A stretch of 63,326 nt of DNA, the filler included, from Octopus bimaculoides (taxonomy: Eukaryota): assembly GCF_001194135.2 (NCBI RefSeq). It is 5 parts of 5 records of this genome, joined end to end, with 100 filler letters (N's around TTAATTAATTAA, not from the genome) between each part and the next. Parts side by side here need not be neighbours in the genome. Positions count along the whole stretch, not along the records: positions 41,843 to 56,870 come from NC_068987.1; positions 56,971 to 60,743 come from NC_069007.1; positions 60,844 to 63,326 come from NW_026362072.1; 2 more parts are not named here. The stretch is one strand, 5' to 3'. The notes beneath the pieces are model-generated. The model searched no databases, was not told where the DNA came from, and saw only the letters and a program-made list of their open reading frames with translations. Within the stretch, counting starts at the first letter, position 1, and each line of letters begins with the position of its first letter. Positions 52,343 to 63,326 of the stretch are shown piece by piece. Made by a program: the position numbers and the translations under genes.

Positions 52343-53633
52343 ATATATGTGTGTGTGTATATGTGCTTGTGTGTGTATGTTTGTGTGTGTGTGTGTGTGT
52401 GTGTATACATATATGAAATTTTGTAAAGAAGGAGATTGCTATTTCCAAGGATATAATCATAGGCCTCATATAATCGACAGTTATGTAAATAAATTGATTC
52501 TGCTCTATTCAAACTCTCCATTTTGCTTATATTATACCACTATACATATATATTTATGCTGTTGCCCCTCGTTTTACACCATAAATTGGTTCTGCTAGTC
52601 ACCGTTAAAACCAAAATCGTATAATACGAGAGAAATAAGCTTTAATGATATTAATAGTATAAAACACAAACGAAATCACAATAATTATTAATGAAAATGA
52701 GGTTCATAAAAAATATTATCATTAAATAGATAGATATCTTTTTATTATAGCCACACAGGGCTAAATACAGAAAATGGACAAATTACAATGCAGAGCTTTT
52801 CTTTGGCGGGGGGGCGGATAATTTCGATCAAAAGGGATCGCGGAAAAAAAAGGGGGGGCGATCAATAGGGATCGTGTATCACAGTCAATGTAAAAAAAAA
52901 ACGGGGAACAGATTAGGTTTATCCGTGGAGAGAAAAGTCTACGGAAAAGACTACGGTCACCTCAGGCTTTTTTTTTTTTTAAAGGTACATGAAAGTAAGT
53001 ACCTTCTCTCTTTTTGTCTCNNNNNNNNNNGGGGCGATCAATAGGGATCGTGTATCACAGTCAATGTAAAAAAAAAACGGGGAACAGATTAGGTTTATCC
53101 GTGGAGAGAAAAGTCTACGGAAAAGACTACGGTCACCTCAGGCTTTTTTTTTTTTTAAAGGTACATGAAAGTAAGTACCTTCTCTCTTTTTGTCTCTTTT
53201 TGTTACAAGTCTATGCTTAAAATGGTGTCGTCTTTCATTTTTACCATTCTTGCCATATTTACCTATTTTTTATTGAAACTTTCATTCCACAACACTTTCC
53301 TCTCTATCCTCATCCTCCTTTTCAAGTGAGATAAAGTTATAAATATAACTCCTGTGAGAGAACAGTCGAAGGCTGATTGTTGGACACGAACCAACATCTC
53401 CTGTAAACATGGCAGTCGATCTACCATTAGCCCACAGAAATTCGGAGGATTTCCTTATACACGTTACAAAATTTGATCTAAGCAACGAGATATTTTTGAG
53501 AGGACGTGAAATATTTCTTTGGTTTTTTCTTTCATAAGTTTTTAACCTAATATTTACGCGCTATTCTTTTTAGCTTTTTCTGCTTCGCGTTTCACTGTCC
53601 CAAAAAAAAGAATTATTTCAAGTTTCATAAGTT

Positions 53634-53682
<49 letters not shown>

Positions 53683-53926
53683 CAAACACAAAAACACACA
53701 ACATATATGTATGTGTGTATGTATGTATGTATGTACTTACAACGTGGCAGAGCGAGAAGAGGCTTGATTCCCAGCTAGATTGTTCTGGCTTCAGTCCACA
53801 GCGTAACAACTTGGGCAAATGTCTTCTACTATAGCCTCGGACCGACCAAAGCCTTGTGAGTGGATTTGATAAACTCAAACTGAAAGAAGCCTGTCGTATG
53901 AGTGTATGTGTGTGTATACATATCTA

Positions 53927-53973
<47 letters not shown>

Positions 53974-54756
53974 NNNNNNNNNNNNNNNNNNNNNNNNNNN
54001 NNNNNNNNNNNNNNNNNNNNNNNNNNNNNNNNNNNNNNNNNNNNNNNNNNNNNNNNNNNNNNNNNNNNNNNNNNNNNNNNNNNNNNNNNNNNNNNNNNNN
54101 NNNNNNNNNNNNNNNNNNNNNNNNNNNNNNNNNNNNNNNNNNNNNNNNNNNNNNNNNNNNNNNNNNNNNNNNNNNNNNNNNNNNNNNNNNNNNNNNNNNN
54201 NNNNNNNNNNNNNNNNNNNNNNNNNNNNNNNNNNNNNNNNNNNNNNNNNNNNNNNNNNNNNNNNNNNNNNNNNNNNNNNNNNNNNNNNNNNNNNNNNNNN
54301 NNNNNNNNNNNNNNNNNNNNNNNNNNNNNNNNNNNNNNNNNNNNNNNNNNNNNNNNNNNNNNNNNNNNNNNNNNNNNNNNNNNNNNNNNNNNNNNNNNNN
54401 NNNNNNNNNNNNNNNNNNNNNNNNNNNNNNNNNNNNNNNNNNNNNNNNNNNNNNNNNNNNNNNNNNNNNNNNNNNNNNNNNNNNNNNNNNNNNNNNNNNN
54501 NNNNNNNNNNNNNNNNNNNNNNNNNNNNNNNNNNNNNNNNNNNNNNNNNNNNNNNNNNNNNNNNNNNNNNNNNNNNNNNNNNNNNNNNNNNNNNNNNNNN
54601 NNNNNNNNNNNNNNNNNNNNNNNNNNNNNNNNNNNNNNNNNNNNNNNNNNNNNNNNNNNNNNNNNNNNNNNNNNNNNNNNNNNNNNNNNNNNNNNNNNNN
54701 NNNNNNNNNNNNNNNNNNNNNNNNNNNNNNNNNNNNNNNNNNNNNNNNNNNNNNNN

Positions 54757-56130
54757 TATCTAATTTATTTCTATAGTTAGGTTTATTTTTGATATGTGTC
54801 TTTTCGTTTTTTTCTATGTTAGTTTTGTTAGGTATTTGTGGGCCCGATATATGGTTTCTTTTAGTCTGCTGGGTTTCCCTGTAATTTATACTAAACTTAT
54901 CTTTGTATTCCTTAATATTGGTTTTGTTCAGGTGGCTATTGTATTTTTGCTTCGTCTTGTTGTTAGCCTTAATCGTCCTTTTAATATTATTGGTATTTGT
55001 GTTTACACTGTTGTTGGTATTTTTGGTGTTATGTGGTTTGGCTTTGGGACCTTTTGTATTTCTATTACATGTGTTATGTTTATCTGTGTCATTCATATCG
55101 TTAGTGTGGTTTGCAGCGGTGTTTGGTGTGTTAGTAGTGTGTGTGTTTCTAGCGTTTGGGTTCCTTATAGTTGGGTCTTTTTTATGGTTATTGGATTCCA
55201 TGAATTTAATTTTATGGTTAAATCCTGCCTTATGTAGTGCGATGTTGTAGGTTTCCTTATGCTTATTAAAAATATCTTGGTTAGAGGAGAGGCGTGATAT
55301 CCTATTGCTTATGCTATGTGCTAAGCCTCTCTTGAGGAATAGTGGGTGGTTGCTGGATGCGTTTATGTATTTTAGGTTAGTGTTTGGCTTTATGTATGGT
55401 TCATGTAGTCCTGTGGCTAGGTTGCAATTGGCGTCTAAGTAGTTTATGGAGGTGTGTTCGTTTTCTATAGAAATGGCTAGTCCAAATCTTTTGAAAAATT
55501 TATGTAAGTTTTTCTTAATGAGCTCTAGTTTCCTATTCGAGAGATTTTTAATTACAAATAGTGCGTCGTCCCTGTATAATCCACCTTCCAGGTCTGGGAA
55601 TTCCTCCTGTATGTAGGAGAGCAAATAAATTCCCACTAAGTCACTTATCTGAGCTGAATCCGGGGCTCCCATGGTGATATCAAAGGAGTTTGGGGAGTCT
55701 TTACGGACCCAGAGCTTATTATCAAAACTTATAATAGATTTTCTAGCTTCAAGTATTACATTAATTTCTTTCCTAGTTAGCTGTGAGTTGTTTTTGGCAA
55801 ATATTAGGGCACTATTTAATATCGTGGGGTTAATTGAGGAGTAGTAGTCTACTATGTCTATCGGTATGAATTTATAGTTATTAGTGTTCTGTATTTTGGA
55901 GAACCAGTTTAGGGCTTCGTATGTGTTAGACCATAATTTGAGGGAGAGTCTACTTTTTAGCGTAGGGATGTACTTATCTAGTATTAGTTTACTTAATTTG
56001 CATAGGTCTGATCTATTTGGGCATATCAATCTAACTTTAGTGTCTGTAAGGAAGTTGGGCTTATGGTCTTTTAAAGTGATTCTAGGTCTAAGTGGTATAA
56101 ATGGTTCAGTTTTTTCGGCTAAGTTATAGT
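54757..56130 (-). mobile_element. Penelope-like element, Naiad-type reverse transcriptase ORF (5'-truncated; 3' part lost in gap)
   Basis: Uninterrupted frame containing ITLKDHKPNF..VRLICPNRSDLCKLSK, IDIVDYYSSI, FDITMGAPDSAQISDLVGIYLL, GGLYRDD, INYLD and PYIKPN...YINASSNHP. These match Naiad-clade PLE RT motifs as I recall them. Confidence 0.85.
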
Positions 56131-56550
56131 CTAACCCCTTTTCACCTAAATTTAGGGTTGCTCCCCTTTACTAACACCGTCGGTGCTATAAATATACGAC
56201 GCATTCCTAAACCATAACATCACGTGGAAATGCATTTGATTAAAATCGGAATTATGAGCTTAAATAGCACCAATCCTACATCCCCCTACAGGAAGACCAA
56301 CACGACTTCAATTAAAACGCAAGGCTCTCTTTACCTAACGCTATTATTATACCACCATATACACTAATATATCCACTAATTGCTTCTCCTACATCTCTCA
56401 CACAATGAACTCTTAATATACTCCTCAACATTCTGAAGAGATCTGCCAAACCATTTGCCAGATTGAAACGTGCGTAAATGACTAATTACATTACCTACAC
56501 AATGACTCATTACATAACCTACACAATGACTCATTACATAACCTCCACAT
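56130..56550 (+). mobile_element. Probable inverted pseudo-LTR of the Naiad-type element
   Basis: Abuts the 5' truncation point of the RT ORF. Contains TATAAATA and an opposite-orientation hammerhead near its distal end, the known inverted-pLTR arrangement of PLE insertions. Confidence 0.55.
56429..56480 (+). ncRNA. Minimal type-I hammerhead ribozyme
   Basis: CATT | CTGAAGA | GATCTG-ccaaaccatttgc-CAGATT | GAAAC gtgc GTA^ | AATG. The core is intact, stem I is CAUU/AAUG, and stem II is 6 bp plus a 4-bp extension. Stem III is minimal, with a GUA cleavage triplet. Confidence 0.8.
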
Positions 56551-56614
56551 AATAAAACAATGGCTAACTAGCCCAACAGAATTGCTTCTTCTTGTATTTG
56601 TTGCTCCATTTTCC

Positions 56615-56645
<31 letters not shown>

Positions 56646-56699
56646 TTTATTTATTTATGGGTTTCAGCCAAGTGGCTGTGGTCATGCTGGAGCACCACC

Positions 56700-56870
56700 G
56701 TGACTTTCCGTCTTTATGCTGTGCTCTCTTCACGTTCCTTGCATGGCTCTTCTCCACCTGATATAGTCCAATCAAGAGTTTTGATGGCACATCTGGTGTA
56801 TAAGAGAATTTGACATCGCTGCCCTAAATTGTGTCTCATTTCGAGCCATTGGTTCGTCTGGTATCGTAGA
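56700..56870 (-). mobile_element. CR1/L2-type LINE C-terminal remnant
   Basis: Minus strand reads TIPDEPMARNETQFRAAMSNSLIHQ, resembling the PDEP...RAAxSNSL end of CR1-group ORF2. Confidence 0.45.
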
Positions 56871-56970
56871 NNNNNNNNNNNNNNNNNNNNNNNNNNNNNN
56901 NNNNNNNNNNNNNNTTAATTAATTAANNNNNNNNNNNNNNNNNNNNNNNNNNNNNNNNNNNNNNNNNNNN
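56871..56970. other. Artificial 100-bp scaffold-join spacer
   Basis: N44-TTAATTAATTAA (56915-56926)-N44. Confidence 0.9.
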
Positions 56971-57077
56971 CGCGCATACACGCATACACACACGCTCGCA
57001 CACACACACACACACGCTCAGGAACACACATACACTCACACATTACAACACAAAATAGCACACACACATACACACAT

Positions 57078-57110
<33 letters not shown>

Positions 57111-57919
57111 GGTCTTCAACAGACATAATCATAGGCACACACAAGATGAAAGCTATGCAAACACACACACACACACACACACAAACTTATGAAATCGAGA
57201 CATCCTAATTCCTTTTATGTACTGCAACCTTAGCGAAGTGATTCTCACACTGAAAGACACTAGTCTATTCTTCTTCACCATTAAGCCACTCCAAAAAACA
57301 AATTTCTGTAAAAAAATTTTGCCACCCTCCCCATCGCCCTCTTCTGATCTTTATTCATGAGAAAAGAAACAAGATTTACTTGTATGCAAGTAATTCTTTT
57401 TTCCTTGCCTTGATGTCAGACTGATCTAAGAAGCTCAAAACCATCTCAGTTTTTAGCTTTAGTAGCTGTTTTGGTACTAACCTGTTTATAAGAATGCCCC
57501 TGGTTCCTATTTTAAATCTCATGTTAATTTATGTTCCAAACGTATGTATTCATCATCCCTGGACAGGATGCTGTCCATCACAGGATTACTCACTCTTACC
57601 AGCTGAGTAAACTAGAACAACATGAAACGAAGTGTCTTGTTCAAGGACACAGCACATCACCCTGTCCAGGAACCAAAACCACAATGTTAGAGACACAAAT
57701 CCGATGCCCTAACCACGAAGCCAGAGAAACCTAGAAACTGGTCCTATGCTCCTTATGAAGTAATGTAGATTAAGCTTAGCCAAATTGTTGTACTAAATTC
57801 TTTAATCATTTTCGAAATTAATTGAAACAAAGGAAATGCATTTCAGAAGAAATATGGTTACAAAAGTGTAAACTGCTTTATAACAGATTCTCAAACTGTA
57901 TTTAACCCTTTCGTTCATG

Positions 57920-58280
57920 ATGACACCTGTGCCCAGCGTTGCCTTCCTGGCACTTGTGCCGGTGGCACGTGTAAAGACATTTGAGCGAGATTGTTGCCAG
58001 TGCTGCTGGACTGGCTCCTGTGCAGGTGGCACGTAAAATACACCATTTTGAGCGTGGCCGTTGCCAGTACCGCCTGACTGGCCTTCGTGCCGGTGGCACG
58101 TAAAAGCACCCACTACACTCTCGGAGTGGTTGGCGTTAGGAAGGGCATCCAGCCGTAGAAACTCTGCCAAATCAGATTGGAGCCTGGTGTAGCCATCTGG
58201 TTTCACCAGTCCTCAGTCAAACCGTCCAACCCATGCTAGCATGGAAAGCGGACGTTAAACGACAATGATGATGATGATGA
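57920..58280 (+). mobile_element. Non-autonomous retroelement family D with RTE-like (ATG)n 3' tail
   Basis: ...ggagtggttggcgttaggaagggcatccag...cgtccaacccatgctagcatggaaagcggacgttaaacga(tga)n. Confidence 0.75.
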
Positions 58281-59364
58281 GATATATATATATATATATA
58301 TATATAGATATATACACACACACACACACACATACACACATATATAACTGTCCAAGAATCCACAAGTCAGAAAAAAATAATGGCGCAAATATTGGGGACA
58401 TACTCTACAAATGCTCCCCACATACAAAATATATTAAAGCTTTTAGTGATTTATCACGTAAAATGCTATACACATGGCTGTATACATCTGTGTTCATGCG
58501 CACATGTACATCCGCGTTTACGTGCGTGCTTGTGTGTGTGTGTGTGAAATATGCAAACCCACCAATACAAGACTAACTTTATCAGTGGTATTATTTATAT
58601 TTGGCTTGGTAATTTTTTTTCACTTCCACCACCACCACCACCACCACCTCACTGTCACATATTAGCAAGAACAACAACAAGAACAACCACATCCTGTTCT
58701 CCCCTCTCAGCTTTGCTGTATTAATGTGGGGGTTTTTTTTTTGGATGGGTCCCCCCCCCTCCCATCATTACTATAGTAGTGGGGAGGAGAACACTAAGAA
58801 CACCATCCTGACCCCCCACCACCATCAGCAACAACACCACCACTATGTGTGTGTGTGTGTGTGTATGCTGTATGGTGTCATCTGTTANNNNNNNNNNNNN
58901 NNNNNNNNNNNNNNNNNNNNNNNNNNNNNNNNNNNNNNNNNNNNNNNNNNNNNNNNNNNNNNNNNNNNNNNNNNNNNNNNNNNNNNNNNNNNNNNNNNNN
59001 NNNNNNNNNNNNNNNNNNNNNNNNNNNNNNNNNNNNNNNNNNNNNNNNNNNNNNNNNNNNNNNNNNNNNNNNNNNNNNNNNNNNNNNNNNNNNNNNNNNN
59101 NNNNNNNNNNNNGAGTCTTTCTTACACCTTTTTACCTTCTGGAGATTGAGAGAACTGCTACAGAGGTGAGTGACAGAGTGGTGGGGGAGAGATTTCTTGT
59201 GGTATTCATCTGAACCAAGGCCTTCTGAGTTTCAATCCCATCCCGATCAAATTTGGCTTTTCTCCTCCATTGGACACTAAACTCTGCTTGTAAAGACCAG
59301 TTGGGGCAAGCAAAAGCGAAATCGTGATGGCACCACCTTTCGAGCGTGATCGTTACCAGCGTCG

Positions 59365-59514
59365 CCTTCCTGGCACTTGTACCACAGCTTCGCATTCCTG
59401 GCACTTGTGCCGCAGCATCGCGTTCCTGGCACTTGTGCCGCAGCATCGCGTTCCTGGCACTTGTGCCGCAGCTCCGCGTTCCTGGCACTTGTGCCACAGC
59501 TTCGTGTTCCTGGC
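59365..59514 (+). repeat. 28-bp minisatellite expanded inside a family D element
   Basis: (cgttcctggcacttgtgccgcagcatcg) x ~5.5. Confidence 0.85.
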
Positions 59515-60649
59515 ACGTGAAAAGTCATTCGAGTGAGACCGTTGCCAGTGCCGCTGGACTGGCTCCTGTGCAGGTGGCACATAAAATACACTATTTTGAG
59601 CGTGGCCGTTGCCAGTACAGCCTGACTGACCTTCGTGCCGGTGGCACGTAAAAGCACCCACTACACTCTCGGAGTGGTTGGCGNNNNNNNNNNCTTCGTG
59701 CCGGTGGCACGTAAAAGCACCCACTACACTCTCGGAGTGGTTGGCGTTAGGAAGGGCATCCAGCTGTAGTCCTGGGGTCGATTTGCTTGACTAAAGGCGG
59801 TGCTCCAGCATGGCTGCAGTCAAATGACTGAAACAAGTAAAAGAGAGAGTACCATTCCCTGCATGTCCAGTTTTATATCAGAGTGACCTTTGCTGAGAGA
59901 CATGCTTTAACAAAAGCTGAGAGATGCTTCATTCCCAGTAGTCTTCCAGCATGCCAGACACCAACCTGGAAATTTCTGAGGGCCGGTGTTATTGCTAAAT
60001 AGTCACTGAACCTGTACTAGGTCCATTTGTCCTTTTGACAGATCTGGTTTTTAGTCCTGCTGAGTTTCTAGCAACTCTCCTCACCAGACAAGCCTAGTAA
60101 GAATGCCAGTTTAACCACTGACAACACAGCTGCACAACAGGTTATACTGGATTCCGTGTTACCTGTATATACATACACTTAGGAAATGACAAATGACAGA
60201 GGCTCTTGGTAATATGCCATGCTTGGGAAGAAGATCCTTCAAACCAAGTGAAATTGTAGTCATGGCAGATGCTAGTGTCACACAACTGGTGCCCATGCCA
60301 GTTGTTGTGTCATAGCGAATAGATGACACAACAATGGTAAAGAAATTTGAAAAGAAATTGTAGAACCAGTTATTTCTCCCAAAACAATGTCACTCTACAA
60401 AAAAATTTTTATAACATTTTCTTAACATGACAATTTTAATATATCTTTTAACCATATATATATGTAGTTTTGTTGTTATTTTTTTGGATTTACAATTTAT
60501 TCTTTCACCGCAACCACTAGCTGGAATACACAGGTGCTTACAATTGTCAAGTATTACCTCTAAATTTCAATTTACCTACGTGATATATATATATATATGG
60601 CTGATAGTTAGCAAGGTGAGACACACATAAGAAAGAAGAAGGAAACAAA

Positions 60650-60694
60650 GGACCACTGATGAGGTCACAGAAGTGTGACGAAAGAACTCTGGCC
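60650..60694 (+). ncRNA. Candidate minimal type-I hammerhead ribozyme (solo)
   Basis: GGACCA | CTGATGA G | GTCACA-gaag-TGTGAC | GAAA G aa C TC^ | TGGCC. Perfect 6-bp stem II, one extra G after the core, and stem I CCA/UGG plus GG/CC around a bulge. Confidence 0.6.
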
Positions 60695-60743
60695 GAAATA
60701 AGATTAAGATTAAGATTAATGTAATATAAAGCTGGAAAAAAAA

Positions 60744-60843
60744 NNNNNNNNNNNNNNNNNNNNNNNNNNNNNNNNNNNNNNNNNNNNTTAATTAATTAAN
60801 NNNNNNNNNNNNNNNNNNNNNNNNNNNNNNNNNNNNNNNNNNN
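60744..60843. other. Artificial 100-bp scaffold-join spacer
   Basis: N44-TTAATTAATTAA (60788-60799)-N44. Confidence 0.9.
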
Positions 60844-60932
60844 TCTTCTTCTTCTTCTTCTTCTTCTCTTTCTTCTTCTCTTTTAATGCCTCATCTTCAT
60901 TTTTCATTCTTCTTTTTCTTTTTCTTCTTCTT

Positions 60933-60994
<62 letters not shown>

Positions 60995-61559
60995 CATCAT
61001 CATCATCATCATCATCATTATTATTGTTATTATTATACCCATCTTCCCTGACATTGCTGGCCTTGTACCGAAATTGGAAATCATCATTATTATTAGTATT
61101 ATTGTTATAGTTGCTTTCGCTGTTGTTATTGTTCTTGTTAATATTAACTATTTCACTCTGCCACCTCCCACGCCTTCAATCTCTTACCCCTACCCCCGTA
61201 AACCATTTGTGTAGTTTCTGCTCCACCGATTCCTAATAACCATTTCCGCTGAAGCGCGAAGTAAGTTCTGCAGAATCTTTGTCACTCGTACATTTGTCGA
61301 TCGAATTAAAAGTGCAGCATTTAAATATTTAAATCAAGCAGACAGTCACGTGATTATTTAAACACGCACGCGCACACACACACACACACACAGATAATAC
61401 ACATATTTACACATGCATATATATACACACACATATATTTATTCATTATAGATAGACGTGTTTATTATATATGTATCTATGTATGTATGCATGCATGTAT
61501 AAATGTATGTATGTAATGTGTATATATATATATGTATATATGAACACATATATTTATAC

Positions 61560-61595
<36 letters not shown>

Positions 61596-63326
61596 ATAAT
61601 ATATATACACACATATATATATACGTAATATATGTGCAAAAATGTTGAATTAGATTCGTCCTTTATGGGATTTCTTTCCATAAATTCACAACACACAGTA
61701 TATATATATACGTATATATTAACATAATATATACGTATATATACATATNNNNNNNNNNNNNNNNNNNNNNNNNNNNNNNNNNNNNNNNNNNNNNNNNNNN
61801 NNNNNNNNNNNNNNNNNNNNNNNNNNNNNNNNNNNNNNNNNNNNNNNNNNNNNNNNNNNNNNNNNNNNNNNNNNNNNNNNNNNNNNNNNNNNNNNNNNNN
61901 NNNNNNNNNNNNNNNNNNNNNNNNNNNNNNNNNNNNNNNNNNNNNNNNNNNNNNNNNNNNNNNNNNNNNNNNNNNNNNNNNNNNNNNNNNNNNNNNNNNN
62001 NNNNNNNNNNNNNNNNNNNNNNNNNNNNNNNNNNNNNNNNNNNNNNNNNNNNNNNNNNNNNNNNNNNNNNNNNNNNNNNNNNNNNNNNNNNNNNNNNNNN
62101 NNNNNNNNNNNNNNNNNNNNNNNNNNNNNNNNNNNNNNNNNNNNNNNNNNNNNNNNNNNNNNNNNNNNNNNNNNNNNNNNNNNNNNNNNNNNNNNNNNNN
62201 NNNNNNNNNNNNNNNNNNNNNNNNNNNNNNNNNNNNNNNNNNNNNNNNNNNNNNNNNNNNNNNNNNNNNNNNNNNNNNNNNNNNNNNNNNNNNNNNNNNN
62301 NNNNNNNNNNNNNNNNNNNNNNNNNNNNNNNNNNNNNNNNNNNNNNNNNNNNNNNNNNNNNNNNNNNNNNNNNNNNNNNNNNNNNNNNNNNNNNNNNNNN
62401 NNNNNNNNNNNNNNNNNNNNNNNNNNNNNNNNNNNNNNNNNNNNNNNNNNNNNNNNNNNNNNNNNNNNNNNNNNNNNNNNNNNNNNNNNNNNNNNNNNNN
62501 NNNNNNNNNNNNNNNNNNNNNNNNNNNNNNNNNNNNNNNNNNNNNNNNNNNNNNNNNNNNNNNNNNNNNNNNNNNNNNNNNNNNNNNNNNNNNNNNNNNN
62601 NNNNNNNNNNNNNNNNNNNNNNNNNNNNNNNNNNNNNNNNNNNNNNNNNNNNNNNNNNNNNNNNNNNNNNNNNNNNNNNNNNNNNNNNGGTGGTGGTGGC
62701 AGCGGTGGTGGTGGTGGTGGTGGTGAACGATTATATTTAATCGCAATGCTCTCGGTCATTGCACGAATAGATTGCAATTTCACGCTCGAGTTGTTTCCGG
62801 AAGTAGACGGTAAACGGTACATATGTGTGTGTGTGTGTGTGTGTGCATTTGCTCGTATGCATGTGTATGCCTATGTGTATGTGCGTGTGTGTGTATCTGT
62901 GTGTGCGTTGATAGTGTTTAGTGGCGGTGATGATGGCGATGGTGGGGATGGAGGAGTGCGGAGGGGTAGATGTTAGCGGTTCAGTTGTTGCACGGTTGAA
63001 TGGTAACAGAACTCAACAGAATGGTAGGTAACGGGTGAAAGCGTAGAATTGGTAGAGTGGAAATGGTAGAGGAAACATGGAGTGGAAGGTGGGTCGGGGT
63101 GTGATGGGGTGTGTGTGTGCTTGTAAGGGTGGGAAGGTGTGGGTGTGTGTTGTGTGCTAAGTGGATACGGTTGAATGCCAACAGAAGAGAAAAATACAAT
63201 GGCACTCGTAAGTATGTAAAAGAATAGCAATTTTCAAGGCCAAACTGCTTTTAGCATGTACCAATGTGTGTGTGTATTTGTGTGTGTATGTGTGTGTGTA
63301 TGTGTGTGTGTATGTGTGTGTGTATG

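Noticed and set aside
53031-53200. Direct duplication of 52856-53020, and 59695-59744 duplicating 59634-59683
   Set aside because: These are identical copies on either side of 10-11 N gaps, typical of unmerged contig overlaps.
61215-61266. 46-nt segment between tgtgtag and a perfect GTAAGT
   Set aside because: There is no partner exon or homology, and such pairs arise by chance.
456-62822. Long ORFs in the track that span N runs (e.g. 456-1328, 10815-11593, 35118-35911, 42758-43910, 53856-54780, 61439-62822)
   Set aside because: Their length comes from untranslatable N. The flanks are microsatellites or SINEs.

Overview
Repeat-rich, gap-ridden eukaryotic genomic DNA, most likely an Octopus (coleoid cephalopod) assembly. 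That assignment is inferred from SINE families I recognise from octopus genomes. There is one clear protein-coding gene: the last three recognisable exons of MEPCE/Bin3 (7SK methylphosphate capping enzyme) on the minus strand at 32341-32123, 29676-29553 and 27944 into a gap. Its last visible exon carries a long S/T/P-rich extension with a 44-aa internal duplication. There is one intact initiator tRNA-Met gene (21268-21339). The rest is mostly mobile DNA: an uninterrupted Naiad-type Penelope-like RT ORF with an inverted pseudo-LTR carrying a minimal type-I hammerhead ribozyme, a second solo hammerhead, a degenerate Penelope element, Tx1/L1, RTE, R4/Dong-like and L2/CR1 LINE fragments, about five SINE families, several MITEs, and micro/minisatellites. 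Four 100-bp N44-TTAATTAATTAA-N44 spacers show the window is a join of five separate scaffolds, so adjacency across 20660, 41743, 56871 and 60744 is not evidence of linkage. Most long ORFs in the supplied track are artefacts of N runs or microsatellites. Repeat boundaries are approximate (about +/-20 bp) unless stated as exact.
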